A DNA stretch of 64,000 nt from Octopus vulgaris (GCA_951406725.2 OX597825.1:28520001-28584000); one strand, 5' to 3'; positions 45,444 to 59,640 are shown, counted from the stretch's first letter. Numbers and translations are program-made. The notes: generated from the letters alone by a model not told the origin.

Positions 45444-48400
45444 ATGACAATTGCATGCCTCATTCTTATCTCTACTTGGATGTTTGTGACAGGACAATTG
45501 GAATTATCATTTCTACAATTTCACGAACCTCCAGCAATTATACCCGATGATCCTTCAAAGTTATACTATTCAGTGCCACTCAATCAAATGATCAGCAATC
45601 CGATCATTGTCGATGCCTTTCATTCAAACGGGACACCTTTTTCTGGGGGAGAAATCAATACGACGGCTACAATAGACAGCTATGCTGTTTCGCCATCTGG
45701 CGAGATTAATAACAAAGATACTTGAGCAGAAAGTGGCGGCCAACTGTGTCAGAAATCAGCATGGTGGTTGAATTATCCGGAGCGATATAACAGACATCTT
45801 GCGAAAACTCGTTGTCATACACCGCATTCTTCCATTCTAATGAAATCACGAATTTTTAATGGAAAACTCATATTTGATTGGATTTACCATAAACATACCA
45901 TTGTACCTCCATCCATGCGAATGTTCAGGATCGAAATACCAGATTATAAAATATACTTCGACTCTTTCCCAATATTTGTAACCAAACCTGCACACCAGTT
46001 ATTTATAACGAAACAACCACCTGTAACAGTTATGGCTAATCACGATTTTGATGTTGAGGTTGAAATAAGAGATGAAGAAGGGAATACTCTCATAAATGGT
46101 CTTGATTCGGTAGCAATTGTGGAAATGACAATTCCTTACAATTATAAACGTTTCTATGCTGACCCAGAGAGAGAAATGATGATTGATTACACTAAAATTC
46201 GAATGGATGGAGAGGATGTAACAATTGATTTTAAAACACGAGATATAATAATGCGTCAACAAGCAAATTATGGTAAGGCAAAATTTACTGGAGTTCGAAT
46301 TTTAGACGTTACACAAAATTTGCAACTAAATATTACTTTAACCATGGCAAGAGACCCATGGAGCAGAATTCCTGCTTGCTCAGAATGTTTCCTTGACATC
46401 GAACGTGCAAGACAGTTGTCCAGTGACAGAAGGTTTATTACTTTCCAACGATTAACAATTGAGGAAGAGGAAAAGATTCTACCTGTTGTCTTCACGAGGA
46501 ATTTCTCAGTACATTATCAAATTCTGAATAAAGTTGATATGGACACCTCATCAAAAAGTATGTATTCTAAACTTAAAACTAATGAAAATGTTGTAGAGGT
46601 GCCTATTAGTTGTCCTTTACTTAACGGCATAAGTATTTTTGCAATGGATTTCATACACCGTCGGATCCATTCAGTCCCTGACTCCATATTACGCCTAAAT
46701 ATTAATACAATCCAAAAAAATATGTTTGTCAAAGGATTACACTAGGAATATGTCAGAAGGAAAAGCTCTCGTATTTGTATCTATATGTGAGGTAGTCAAC
46801 TCCGACAAACTGATAATAACTTACGATGGTCCACCTACTGTTACTTACAGAACTCCAGCTTTTCGTATAATAGGAAACATTACAATTGGACATTTTGGTG
46901 ACCTTCGATTTAGTGGTGATGGAAAGGAAATTGACTCACATATCAATTCTTTTATACGATTCGCAATCAATGATGTTAATAATGGTATTATTGTCCCAGA
47001 ATTAAGAAAGAAAGGATTGAAATTATATTTGAAGTCGTATAATATTCCAAACGAAAAATCTGCAACCTATAGAAAACTTGGGGATTTGGAAACTATTTCA
47101 ACGAATATTCATTTGGTTATAAGTTCCATTCCAGCAAATGTTGCTACTGTTTTTAGTCTGTTCTTAGTGAGGTTCAGGATACCATATATTTCGACGATCG
47201 ATTCTACCAGACAACACATCGATAAAGATATATACCCATTGTATTATTGTATACGTTGGTCAGAGGTGGTGTTCTATAATTCAGTGTTTCAATGTGCTAA
47301 AGATAAGTTTTGGACTGACATTGTAATCCTTCGATATCACGATATTAATTTAACTGGTTTATTCAAATGCTTTGAAGGATTCGGGCGGAAGCATTGTCAC
47401 TCTGTTCAGTGCCATTGTTTACACGGCCTTTGCACTATTGAAGGTTCTTGCATATGTAATCCTGGTTATACAGGCCCCTCTTGTGGTGCAGTAATTTGTG
47501 AGGATTGTAATTTTGGTGTATGTGTAAAACCAGGTGTATGTGAATGCACTACTATAGTATATTTCGGTGAAAATTGTGCTATTCATGTTTCATCCATCAT
47601 TGTTCCAATATTATTTGCAGCACTTATTCTCATTGGTATCTTTTATGTCGTGGCAGGAATAACTAGCTCGAAGACGAAAAGTATAATCTATCAAGACTGG
47701 ATGATTGATTGGGACAACGTTACTGTACCTGAAAAATTAGGTATGGTAGGACAATCCAAGGGAATAATTAACAAAACGGTTACAGCTCATAGATGGGACG
47801 ATGAGAACTGGTATGTAAAAAAGATTAATAGTAAGACAATTCCTCCTGATGATAAAAAGATTATTTCAGACATGGTCAAGTTAACTAAAACTAGACATTA
47901 TAATCTGATTCGATACGGTGGATGATGTTTGACTTATCCTAACGTCAGTTTGTTCATGGAAATTGCTGACAAGGGGAGTATAGCGGATGTACTTACCAAT
48001 GAAACATTTGAGATCGGATGGGAATTTGTATTTTCATTTTTAAAAGATATATGTTGCGGAATGGAATATTTGCACGACAAATCTGAAATCAAAAGCCATG
48101 GACGTCTGAAATCTTCCAACTGCTTGGTTGATAAGCGCTGGACTGTACGTCTGTCAGGATTTGGTGCACCGTCTCTTCGTTATGGCAGCTACAGAATCCC
48201 AGAGTCTGAAGAAATGGTTGATTTAAAAGATCTTTTTTGGACCGCACCCGAACTACTGAGGGATAACACAAATCTCGATGGAGTAAAGTCGGGCACACCG
48301 CAAGGAGATGTCTATTCATTTGCTATCATTGCGTGTGAAATTGCGACGAAGGTAAAACCATACCATTACGAACTGAAACATTTAAGTGAAAAAAGCATTT

Positions 48401-49444
48401 TAGATCTCATTAAAGATTCACATTCACGGGCCAATAAAGAAATACGACGTGTATGGGAGAGTATTGGTGGAGGTAAAATGATTTTTACGAGACCAATTTT
48501 AAGTGAAGATTTATTACCAAACAGTAATCTATCTAAGAAGCTGTTTAAAAAAATGCTCGAAGAGTCTTGGAATGAGAAGGCATCGTCACGACCGACTTTT
48601 AATAAGCTTAGCATCATTCTAAATCAAATGTACCCCATTAAAGGAGAACTTATAGATAAATTAATCCACCTCTTGGAAACTTATTCCAATAATTTAGAAA
48701 TGGTTGTAATAGAAAGAACCAGAGAAATAGAAGAAAAAAAAGCTAATGCTGAGCAGCTATTGGGCCAGATGTTGCCCCCGAAAGTAGCTTGTGAACTGAA
48801 GCAAGTTGGTGAAGTGATACCGGAATTATTCGAAAATGCCACGGTATTCTTCAGTGATATCGTGAATTTTGGCCGAATATGTAAAGAAAGTAAACCAATG
48901 GAAATCGTTGATTTTTTAAATGAAGTTTATAAATTATTTCACTCAGTTTTGGACGGCTATGATGTTTATAAAGTGGAAACCATCAGCGCTTCCTACATGG
49001 TAGTTAGTGGTATTCCAGAAAAGAATGGTGATCGCCATGCAGGAGAAATTGCAACAATGGCTTTAGATCTGATATCATGTTACTCTACACCATGTTCCCA
49101 ACACGGAAAGTAATGTGCTACAATTACGAATTGGAATGCATTCCGGCCCGGTAGTAAGTGGCGTGGTGGGGAAACTATTGCCTAGATTTTGTCTATTCGG
49201 AGACACCGTCAACACAGCTTCCAGAATGCAGTCTAGTTCTTATGCCTTACACATTCAAGTGAGCGAGAATACTGCAGCAATTCTTGATTCTTTAGGCGGT
49301 TATAAATTAGAATGTAGAGGGGAAAGAGAAGTAAGAGGTCGCGGATTAATGACAACGTACTAGCTGTGGGGTAAGGACACATTTATGAAAGAATTACCTG
49401 ATATATCCCTAGCAGTCCCTCTCTCACAACACAAATTCAAATAA
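45444..49444 (+). pseudogene. Receptor guanylyl cyclase-like pseudogene, copy 4
   Basis: TGG>TGA at 45723-45725; 2-bp deletion at ~46722; ~1041-bp in-frame deletion at ~47364; TGC>TGA at 47923-47925; 2-bp deletion at ~49077; TGG>TAG at 49361-49363. Confidence 0.93.
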
Positions 49445-49609
49445 AGCCTCCAGAGCATAAATTTATCTATAAAACACCATACATATTGTAGTATGTGTTC
49501 ATGTATGTATGTATGTATGTATGTATGTATATATGTATGTATGTATGTATGTATGTTTGTATGCATGCATGCATGTATGTATGTATGTATGTATGTGTGT
49601 GTGTGTGTG

Positions 49610-50278
49610 CGTCTCTCCTAGTTTTTAATCATTAGAAATCTTCCACTGAGGATGGAGCCGGTTTTCAACAAAGATACAAGGCTCCATTTGTGGGATGTAG
49701 TTACCACAGACAAATTCACAATTGGAACATGAGAAAATTCTTGCATATATTTACTGTTCCACCCACAGATTTTACCTGTAATGTACGAATTAGCCGTACA
49801 GTTTCTCTTTCTGAAAATCCCAGTTTATCCTGATTCTCACTAAAGCATTTACTGACAAACCCTAATGCTCTAATTATTTGTATGAATATGAATTCATAGT
49901 CTGGATATAGAAGCTGCAGGTTTCGAAGTGGTTGTCCATAGATATTTTCTTTTTCTTTGATTTTCTATGAGTTATTTATATCTACAGAGCAGCTGACCTC
50001 TATGATGGTACATATCTTTGCCCGTGGTCCCAAACAACAATATCCAGTCTGTTATGTTTACATTTGACAGAAGCTTTAATGGGAATATTCCGCTACTATC
50101 CCATGAGTTGGTGTTTAGCAAAGTATTTCATAACACGGATTTTTAAAGGTTATTTCAGGATACACTTTATTGCGGATGGCATTATGAACAGTTTTAGCTA
50201 CATCATGACACATAGGGAGTTAGTACCGTGGCGACTTTTTAAGATAGCAGCTAATCACATGCGGGATGACTTCCATGC
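49610..50278 (-). mobile_element. RLE/R4-like retrotransposon fragment, unit 4
   Basis: Homologous to 3323-3994. Confidence 0.72.
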
Positions 50279-50437
50279 GTGTATGTATGTATGTATGTAT
50301 GTATGTATGCATGTATGTACGTATGTATATATGTACGTATGTATGTGTGTGTGTATGTATGTATGTATGTGTATATGTATATATGTGTGTGCATGTATGT
50401 ATGTATGTATGTATGTATGTATGTATGTATATTGTGA

Positions 50438-50729
50438 AGTTGCGTGGCTTAGCGGTTACGATCAGAGAGTTATGAATTCGAACCCCGGCAGCGTGTTGTG
50501 ACCTTTAGCAAGATACTTTAACTCACGTTGCTCCTCTAAGCAAACAAAAATGAAATGTACCTGTAATTCAAATGGGAGCAGCCTTTCCACTTTCTATGTC
50601 ACACTAGATCTTCCTCAGAATTAAATTCCGGTTACACGTGCCTCTGGAAAGCTCCGTCACTTGTACTTTAATTTCACGGGTAGGCTGTTCCATCTATCGT
50701 ATCAACTGGTACGCTGGTCGTCGTAGCGC
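50438..50729 (+). mobile_element. tRNA-derived SINE, unit 4
   Basis: Homologous to 4251-4556. Confidence 0.6.
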
Positions 50730-50757
50730 ATATATATATATATATATATAATAATAA

Positions 50758-50791
<34 letters not shown>

Positions 50792-51339
50792 GGGAGTATA
50801 ACTCCAAACTAATAATAGGGAGTATAACTCCAAACTTACACACACACACACACACACCCGCACACACACACACACTCGCACGCACGCACACACACAAATG
50901 CATACATACATACATACATACATACATACATACATACATACACACATTTTCACTCACAAAATCTGAACTTAACAACAGAAAAAAGTGACGGTGCTGTTTT
51001 TTTCTTAAAACGTACTGTATTCATATATTATTCGCATATTAATGTTAAAAAATATTTAGCCCATCTCCTCTACAAAATGAACTTGAAATTGGTAACAATT
51101 GGAATCAATTCCACCATTCTACAAGATTTCATCTGATTTTTAAAATTGTTTCTAATTTTGAAAATTCCTCATGAAACTGTTTTGTTCACATTTTGTTTTT
51201 AATTCAACTTCACATACTTACATGTATAATAGAAAATTTGTTTCAATAAAAAGAAATGTGGCTATATTTGATGTTTTATTGAAAAATTTTATTATTCACT
51301 TTTCACTTGTAATAAAATTCATTTGGTTATTTCATTTAT

Positions 51340-53070
51340 CATAACTTTGATAGATTTCGGCCAGTATAGACCCAGGACATGTCTAATTTAATAACACCAC
51401 CTGGTGAAGTCTTTTCGTGATATATTGGGCACCATGGCCCACTTTATCAAAGAGTTATTATTGTTGGAGACATATCTGGGTGTAGGAATTTTTGAAGAAA
51501 ATTGTCCAGTGAACTTTTGAATTTCATGGGACCCGTTTCCGTTTTGACTTAATTTGATATTAAAGAGAGCTGGACCGGTTGAGGTAAAGTAGCTGTGGCA
51601 TAGTGTTTTTATGTGTCCTGACTTCGAATTTTGTAGTGGGCTGATAGCACGGGGGCCAAGTCTTGGATGGATTTTAAAATTGATGCCAACATCATTTGTG
51701 CAATATTGATGGAATATTTTCCACATTCCAAAAATGATGCAGAGTTCCCGGCGCCGTTAGAGAGAGTAGAGATTAAGTTTTTTAGTCGACCCCAATAGTC
51801 AATGCCTGTTATGCCGTCCATCTTTCTTGTTATTGACATCTGGAGTGCTTCCATTCACGTAATGAGTCACTTCTGATTGGGAGACCACAGTGGGCAACAG
51901 TATTCAAAGTAGGATCGAGCAAAAAAGGTAGAGAAGGATGATGGTGTGGGCATCTCTAGACCGGTAAGTTCTCAGAATCCAGGAGTACAACTTGCGGGCC
52001 AAGTCAACCTTGTGGTTTACGGAGGAATTCCAGCTTAGATTGTTATCAACAATTACTTCAAGGTCTCTGGTGTTGTTGGATGACACTAGTGAGTCACCCA
52101 AGAGAAGAGCGGACCAAATTAAACTTGTCTTCATTTAGAAGCATATTGTTCTTTTCCGCCCATTGGACAACAACAAACAGATCCGACTGAAGGCATGTTC
52201 GGTCTCCCATAGCGTTTATGGCCTTATGGAGTTTGGAATCATCTGCATTATGACGTCTATGTTGTCATTGATGTTGATAAGGAAGATGAGTGGGCCCAAC
52301 ACAGTGCCTTGTGGGACACCACTACTGACTTTGGCTGAGATTTATCGGATTGCCTCAAACACAACATGTTGGGTTCTGTTCGTCTGGAAACTCCTTATCC
52401 ACTGCAGCAGCTTTTCACGGACTCTAGTATTGGACAGTTTTTTTCAGCAGGATTTTGTGGTTCAATCTGTCGAATGCCTCGTCAGCTTTGGAGCCTTCTC
52501 ACAAAGCTTTTAAAATATCATCAAAATGGTGCAGAAGCTGCGACAGGCAGTTCCTGCCTTCACGGAAACCATGCTGGTTGGGGTTCAGCAGATTATAGTC
52601 TCCGAAGTAGTGAGTTATTCACGATTTCAAAACCCTCTCGAATACTTTAATGATATAAGAAGAGAGTGAAAGTGGACGGTAGTTCGCTGCAAGAGATTTG
52701 TTTCCCCTCTTTGAAAACTGGAACGACAGACTAGGAAAGAAAATAATCAGGAATTCAGCCTGTGTCAAGTGAATTCCTCCAGAGCTCAGCTAGAGTGGGT
52801 ACAATTTGATGTCGACACGTCTTCAGGACAGTGGGCGAGAACTTAACGAACCTACAACCGAGTTGTGTTTGATTTTATCTATTTCTCTTAGGATATCCGG
52901 TGCACCAAAATTTATGCCAGATATAGTTATTTGAGGGTTTACATCACTGATATTAGCCGGATCAACCTCATTAGCGTTACTGAAAACAGAGCAGTAAACA
53001 AAAACGGAAGGAAATGTATGTTCATCTGTTTCTAAGATGTTCATTCCAGTTGTATGGTCAACTGAACTAG
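51340..53070 (-). mobile_element. Old CR1-like LINE remnant, unit 4
   Basis: Homologous to 5090-6870. Confidence 0.8.
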
Positions 53071-53808
53071 TAACTCATTCAACAGGTTTTTTTTTTTTTC
53101 ATCAATTTTCAAAGGATGAAAGGCAACGTTAACCTAGGTAGAATTTGAACTCAGAATGTAAAGCATTTTGCCTATTGTGCTAATGATTCTGTCAGCTCGT
53201 AGTCTTGTGTTTAGACATTATATTAACATAGAACTGAGTATACCCCAGCACACATCACATGCACGTATATATTAATGATGTAAACAAATACATGACAAGT
53301 ATGCATAATACTGAAAAGGCATGAAGTAAATACATGCAGACAAATATATTAATTTAAGAAATAATAAAAATATACAAAATACTTTAGAAATCAATGAAGG
53401 GACAAAAGAAAAAGTAAGATGATACATGTTGACATTATTAGGTAATATGTAATTTCACAGGCGCTAAACTATAAATTTCACAGGGTACAACCTTAAAGTT
53501 GAAACCGCTAATTTGACACCACTACAACGCAGAAAATTTCTGTCTCACTATTCGCTAAAAACACACAGTTTTGTCGATTTTTAAATGTCTGTAACATTTT
53601 CGTCACATTTTTTCTCCGCTTCTTATGAATAAGAGTGGAAAACTACTTCAACATAATCGATTTTCAGATTTTTACTTCCTTTAAAAAAATGCATATTCTG
53701 TGAATGATTTTAACTACATCTAGGTGGTGCTTGACCACGAAAAAAAAACATAGATGTGAGTGTGCGCGCGTGGATGTGTGCGTATGTGTGTGCGTTTGTG
53801 TGTGCGTT

Positions 53809-53876
<68 letters not shown>

Positions 53877-54569
53877 CCTTCCCCTGTTTTCTATATGTCG
53901 CTCTCTCTCTTTCTTGCCCTCTTTTTCCCCCGTCTGCAGCTGACACCTAACCTTTGGCCAGCCTTCCTTTCTTTCTCTCCCTTTTTCACTCCAGTTGCGT
54001 AGCTGAACGTTCGCAAATTCCCTATCTCATTGTCTTGCTATTTGCTGTTATCTATTCATTTAGGATGCCTTTTAAGCATTACCCACCATTCTTGCCATTT
54101 TGGTTCTGAGGCTATATTTTGCTCGTTTCTTATTTATTTCGTCTTTCTCCATCGTCTTAAATTACATTTATTCACGTTCGTCTTTCCACTCTGCATTGTT
54201 TTGTTTGCTCTCGGCCCTATATTCTCCGAACTTTCGCCGGCACCGCCTGCATACAGAGTTCTCACTCTTACCATTAATGGTGCGAAACTGAGTAATACCA
54301 CCTAGTTGATAACAAATCGCAAATATTCTTGTCAAAAATGACAAAAGTCAATGTTTTACCCTGCAACAAGGACCAAACATTCCAAAACAGTTGTGCAAAA
54401 ACTAACTTGCCGCCCCGCAGGGCGAAAACCCTCCTCAAAACGACGACAACAGTTCGACCTCAAGAGCGCAACCGTAACTTCAACACACAAATCAACAACA
54501 AAAACTCACCAATTAAACAAACACACTGAGCAACAGCAGCCGAACGCAGAAGAGTGACAAGCACCGGTT

Positions 54570-55266
54570 GGCGATAAAATCTTTATTATGGTCAAACTGA
54601 TCGTGGAAAGACAAAGACATTACGAGACAAACAAATACAAAAATCTCATATGAGTTCGAATGAGCATTAAGCTAAAAATGTACTGAAAAAATATTCTATG
54701 TAACGATTAATTTTTACCTTTGACTATAACGTTTTAAACAAATTTGACTATAACTTTAAAAAATCGGAAATAAAGCAAGAAAACGAATAAAAGCTCAAAC
54801 AGATCGAACCCGGCAGCCTATAAGGCCCAACAACTATCTTTTCCTTTCCTCAATGATTAAACTGGGTTACTAACACCCACCTATCTCATCACATCCTTCC
54901 ATCGTTTCTCGTATTCACTCGGTGGCAGGGTCTTCCTCTCAACCCCATCTTGCTCTTCAGATGGTATGTGAAATAGGACAGCAAACCGGGGCCAGAGACG
55001 AAGGAGCCAGTCACAGAACCTTCCATTCTAGTCCTCCAAACACACTCTTTCAGTACTGCAAACGTACAGTAAAAACATGCCTTACCTTCTTTTGAGTGTC
55101 CAGTTGGCGGTATCATCTTTATCATAGATCCACCCGACAGCTGTACTCGTCCCAGATTCGACAGCACGTGTTCAACGTAACATTTCAAGCTAGATAGCTT
55201 CCGGCATTCTAGAAAAGCGTGCTAGACAGTCTCATTTTCCAGCCCACATCTTGGACACGGCCGTGG
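54570..55266 (-). mobile_element. Tx1/L1-clade LINE remnant, unit 4, cut by the deletion that fuses it to gene copy 5
   Basis: Homologous to 8330-9004, then switches abruptly to cyclase-gene sequence. Confidence 0.83.
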
Positions 55267-58196
55267 CACTATCAAATTCTGAATAAAGTTGATATGGACA
55301 CCTCATCAAAAAGTATGTATTCTAAACTTAAAACTAATGAAAATGTTGTAGAGGTGCCTATTAGTTGTCCTTTACTTAACGGCATAAGTATTTTTGCAAT
55401 GGATTTCATACACCGTCGGATCCATTCAGGTCCTGACTCCATATTACGCCTAAATATTAATACAATCCAAAAAAATATATGTTTGTCAAAGGATTACACT
55501 AGGAATATGTCAGAAGGAAAAACTCTCGTATTTGTATCTATATGTGAGGTAGTCAACTCCGTCAAACTGATAATAACTTACGATGGTCCACCTACTGTTA
55601 CTTACAGAACTCCAGCTTTTCGTATAATAGGAAACATTACAATTGGACATTTTGGTGACCTTCGATTTAGTGGTGATGGAAAGGAAATTGACTCACATAT
55701 CAATTCTTTTATACGATTCGCAATCAATGATGTTAATAATGGTATTATTGTCCCAGAATTAAGAAAGAAAGGATTGAAATTATATTTGAAGTCGTATAAT
55801 ATTCCAAACGAAAAATCTGCAACCTATAGAAAACTTGGGGATTTGGAGACTATTTCAACTAATATTCATTTGGTTATAAGTTCCATTCCAGGAAATGTTG
55901 CTACTGTTTTTAGTCTGTTCTTAGTGAAGTTTATGATACCTTATATTTCGACGATCGATTCTACAAGAGAACACATCGATAAAGATATATACCCATTGTA
56001 TAATAGTATAAGTTGGTCAGAGGTGGTGTTCTATAATTCAGTGTTTCAATGTGCTAAAGATAGGTCTTGGACTGACATTGTAATCCTTCGATATCACGAT
56101 ATTAATTTAACTGGTTTATTCAAATGCTTTGAAGGATTCGGGCGGAAGCATTGTCACTCTGTTCAGTGCCATTGTTTACACGGCCTTTGCACTATTGAAG
56201 GTTCTTGCATATGTAATCCTGGTTATACAGGCCCCTCTTGTGGTGCAGCAATTTGTGAGGATTGTAATTTTGGTGTATGTGTAAAACCAGGAGTATGTGA
56301 ATGCACTACTATAGTATATTTCGGTGAAAATTGTGCTATTCATATTTCATCCATCATTGTTCCAATATTATTTGCAGCACTTATTCTCATTGGTATCTTT
56401 TATGTCGTGGCAGGAATAACTAGCTCGAAGACGAAAAGTATAATCTATCAAGACTGGATGATTGATTGGGACAACGTTACTGTACCTGAAAAATTAGGTA
56501 TGGTAGGACAATCCATACCTAATAATTAACAAAACGGTTGCAGCTTATAGATGGGACGATGAGAACTGGTATGTAAAAAAGATTAATAGTAAGACAATTC
56601 CTCCTGATGATAAAAAGATTATTTCAGACATGGTCAAGTTAACTAAAACTAGACATTATAATCTGATTCGATACGGTGGATGATGTTTGACTTATCCTAA
56701 TGTCAGTTTGTTCATGGAAATTGCTGACAAGGGGAGTATAGCGGATGTACTTGCCAATGAAACATTTGAGATCGGATGGGAATTTGGATTTTCATTTTTA
56801 AAAGATATATGTTGCGGAATGGAATATTTGCACGACAAATCTGAAATCAAAAGCCATGGACGTCTGAAATCTTCCAACTGCTTGGTTGATAAGCGCTGGA
56901 CTGTACGTCTGTCAGGATTTGGTGCACCGTCTCTTCGTTATGGCAGCTACAGAATCCCAGAGTCTGAAGAAATGGCTGATTTAAAAGATCTTTTTTGGAC
57001 CGCACCCGAACTACTGAGGGAAAACACAAATCTCGATGTAGTAAAGTCGAGCACACCGCAAGGAGATGTCTATTCATTTGCTATCGTTGCGTGTGAAATT
57101 GCGACGAAGGTAAAACCATACCATTACGAACTGAAACATTTAAGTGAAAAAAGCATTTTAGATCTCATTAAAGATTCACATTCACGGGCCAATAAAGAAA
57201 TACGACGTGTATGGGAGAGTATTGGTGGAGGTAAAATGATTTTTACAAGACCAATTTTAAGTGAAGATTTATTACCAAACAGTAATCTATCTAAGAAGCT
57301 GTTTAAAAAAATGCTCGAAGAGTCTTGGAATGAGAAGGAATCTTCACGACCGACTTTTAATAAGCTTAGCATCATTCTAAATCAAATGTACCCCATTAAA
57401 GGAGAACTTATAGATAAACTAATCCACCTCTTGGAAACTTACTCCAATAATTTAGAAATGGTTGTATTAGAAAGAACCAGAGAACTAGAAGAAAAAAAAG
57501 CTAAAGCTGAGCAGCTATTGGGCCAGATGTTGCCCCCGAAAGTTGCTTGTGAACTGAAACAAGTTGGTGAAGTGATACCGGAATTATTCGAAAATGCCAC
57601 GGTATTCTTCAGTGATATCGTGAATTTTGGCCGAATATGTAAAGAAAGTAAACCAATGGAAATCGTTGATTTTTTAAATGAAGTTTATAAATTATTTGAC
57701 TCAGTTTTAGACGGCTATGATGTTTATAAAGTGGAAACCATCAGCGCTTCCTACATGGTAGTTAGTGGTATTCCAGAAAAGAATGGTGATCGCCATGCAG
57801 GAGAAATTGCAACAATGGCTTTAGATCTGATGTCATATGGTACTCTACTCCATGTTCCCAACACGGAAAGTAATGTGCTACAATTACGAATTGGAATGCA
57901 TTCCGGCCCGGTAGTAAGTGGCGTGGTGGGGAAACTATTGCCTAGATTTTGTCTATTCGGAGACACCGTCAACACAGCTTCCAGAATGCAGTCTAGTTCT
58001 TATGCCTTACACATTCAAGTGAGCGAGAATACTGCAGCAATTCTTGATTCTTTAGGCGGTTATAAATTAGAATGTAGAGGGGAAAGAGAAGTAAGAGGTC
58101 GCGGATTAATGACAACGTACTGGCTGTGGGGTAAGGACACATTTATGAAAGAATTACCTGATAGCAGTCCCTCTCTCACAACACAAATTCAAATAA
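55267..58196 (+). pseudogene. Receptor guanylyl cyclase-like pseudogene, copy 5 (5'-truncated)
   Basis: Lacks the upstream region and the first ~356 codons. It shares the ~1.04-kb deletion (~56121) and the TGA (56681-56683) with copy 4, and has a +1 frameshift at ~56516 and an 8-bp deletion at ~58161 that extends the last ORF to 58243. Confidence 0.93.
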
Positions 58197-58399
58197 AGCC
58201 TCCAGAGCATAAATTTATCTATAAAACACCATACATATTGTAGTATGTGTTCATTTATGTATGTATGTATGTATGTATGCATGTATGTATGTATGTATGT
58301 ATGTATGTATGTATGTATGTATGTATGTATGTATATATGTATGCATGTATATATGTATGTACGTATGCATGTATGTATGTGTGTGTGTGTGTGTGTGTG

Positions 58400-59071
58400 C
58401 GTCTCTCCTAGTTTTTAATCATTAGAAATCTTCCACTGAGGACGGAGCCGGTTTCCAACAAAGATACAAGGCTCCATCTGTGGGATGTAGTTTACACAGA
58501 CAAATTCCCAATTGGAACATGAGAAAATTCTTGCATATATTTACTGTTCCACCCACAGATTGTACCTGTAATGTACGAATTAGCCGGCCAGTTTCTCTTT
58601 CTGAAAATCCCAGTTTATCCTGATTCTCACTAAAGCATTTACTGACAAAACCTAATGCTCTAATTATTATTTGTATGAATATGAATTCAAAGTCTGGATA
58701 TAGAAGCTGCAGGTTTCGAAGTGGTTGTCCATAGATATTTTCTTTTTCTTTGATTTTCTATGAGTTATTTATATCTACAGAGCAGCTGACCTATATGATG
58801 ATACATATCTTTGCCCATTGTCCCAAACAACTATATCCAGTCTGTTATGTTTACATTTGTCAGAAGCTTTAATGGGAATATTCCGCTACTATCCCTTGAG
58901 TTGGTGTTTATCAATGTATTTCATAACACGGATTTTTAAAGTTTATTTCAGGATACACTTTATTGCGGATGGCATTCTGAACAGTTTTAGCTACATCATG
59001 ACGCATAGGGAGTTAGTACCGTGGCGACTTTTTAAGATAGCAGCTAATCACATGCGGGATGACTTCCATGC
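58400..59071 (-). mobile_element. RLE/R4-like retrotransposon fragment, unit 5
   Basis: Homologous to 3323-3994. Confidence 0.72.
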
Positions 59072-59339
59072 GCGTATGTATGTATGTATGTATGTATGCA
59101 TGTATGTATGTATGTATGTATGTATGTATGTATGTATGTATGTATGTATGTATGTATGTATGTACGTATGTATGTATGTACGTATGTATGTGTGTGTATG
59201 TATGTATGTATGTGTATATGTATATATGTGTGTGCATGTATGTACGTATGTGTATATGTATATATGTGTGTGCATGTATGTATGTATGTATGTATGTATG
59301 TATGTATGTATGTATGTATGTATGTATGTATATTGTGAA

Positions 59340-59640
59340 GTTCCGTGGCTTAGCGGTTACGATCAGAAAGTTATGAGTTCGAACCCCGGCAGCGTGTTGT
59401 GACCTTTAGCAAGATACTTTAATTCACGTTGCTCCTCTAAGCAAACAAAGATGAAATGTACCTGTAATTCAAATGGGAGCAGCCTTTCCACTTTCTATGT
59501 CACACTAGATCTTCCTCAGAATTAAATTCCGGTTACACGTGCCTGTGGAAAGCTCCGTCACTTGTACTTTAATTTCACGGGTAGGCTGTTCCATCTATCG
59601 TATCAACTGGTACGCTGGTCGTCGTAGCCGACGAAAAGTA

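Noticed and set aside
45723-49363. Trp-to-stop codons (TGA, TAG) in copy 4 that A-to-I RNA editing could recode to Trp
   Set aside because: Copy 4 also has two frameshifts and a Cys-to-TGA stop, and G>A transitions are the commonest route to stops. Editing also cannot turn the GCT Ala codon into the missing catalytic Asp.
55219-56529. 436-aa chimeric LINE-cyclase ORF as a new gene
   Set aside because: It starts at a GTG in antisense LINE sequence, has no signal peptide and ends at a frameshift; it is a by-product of the deletion.
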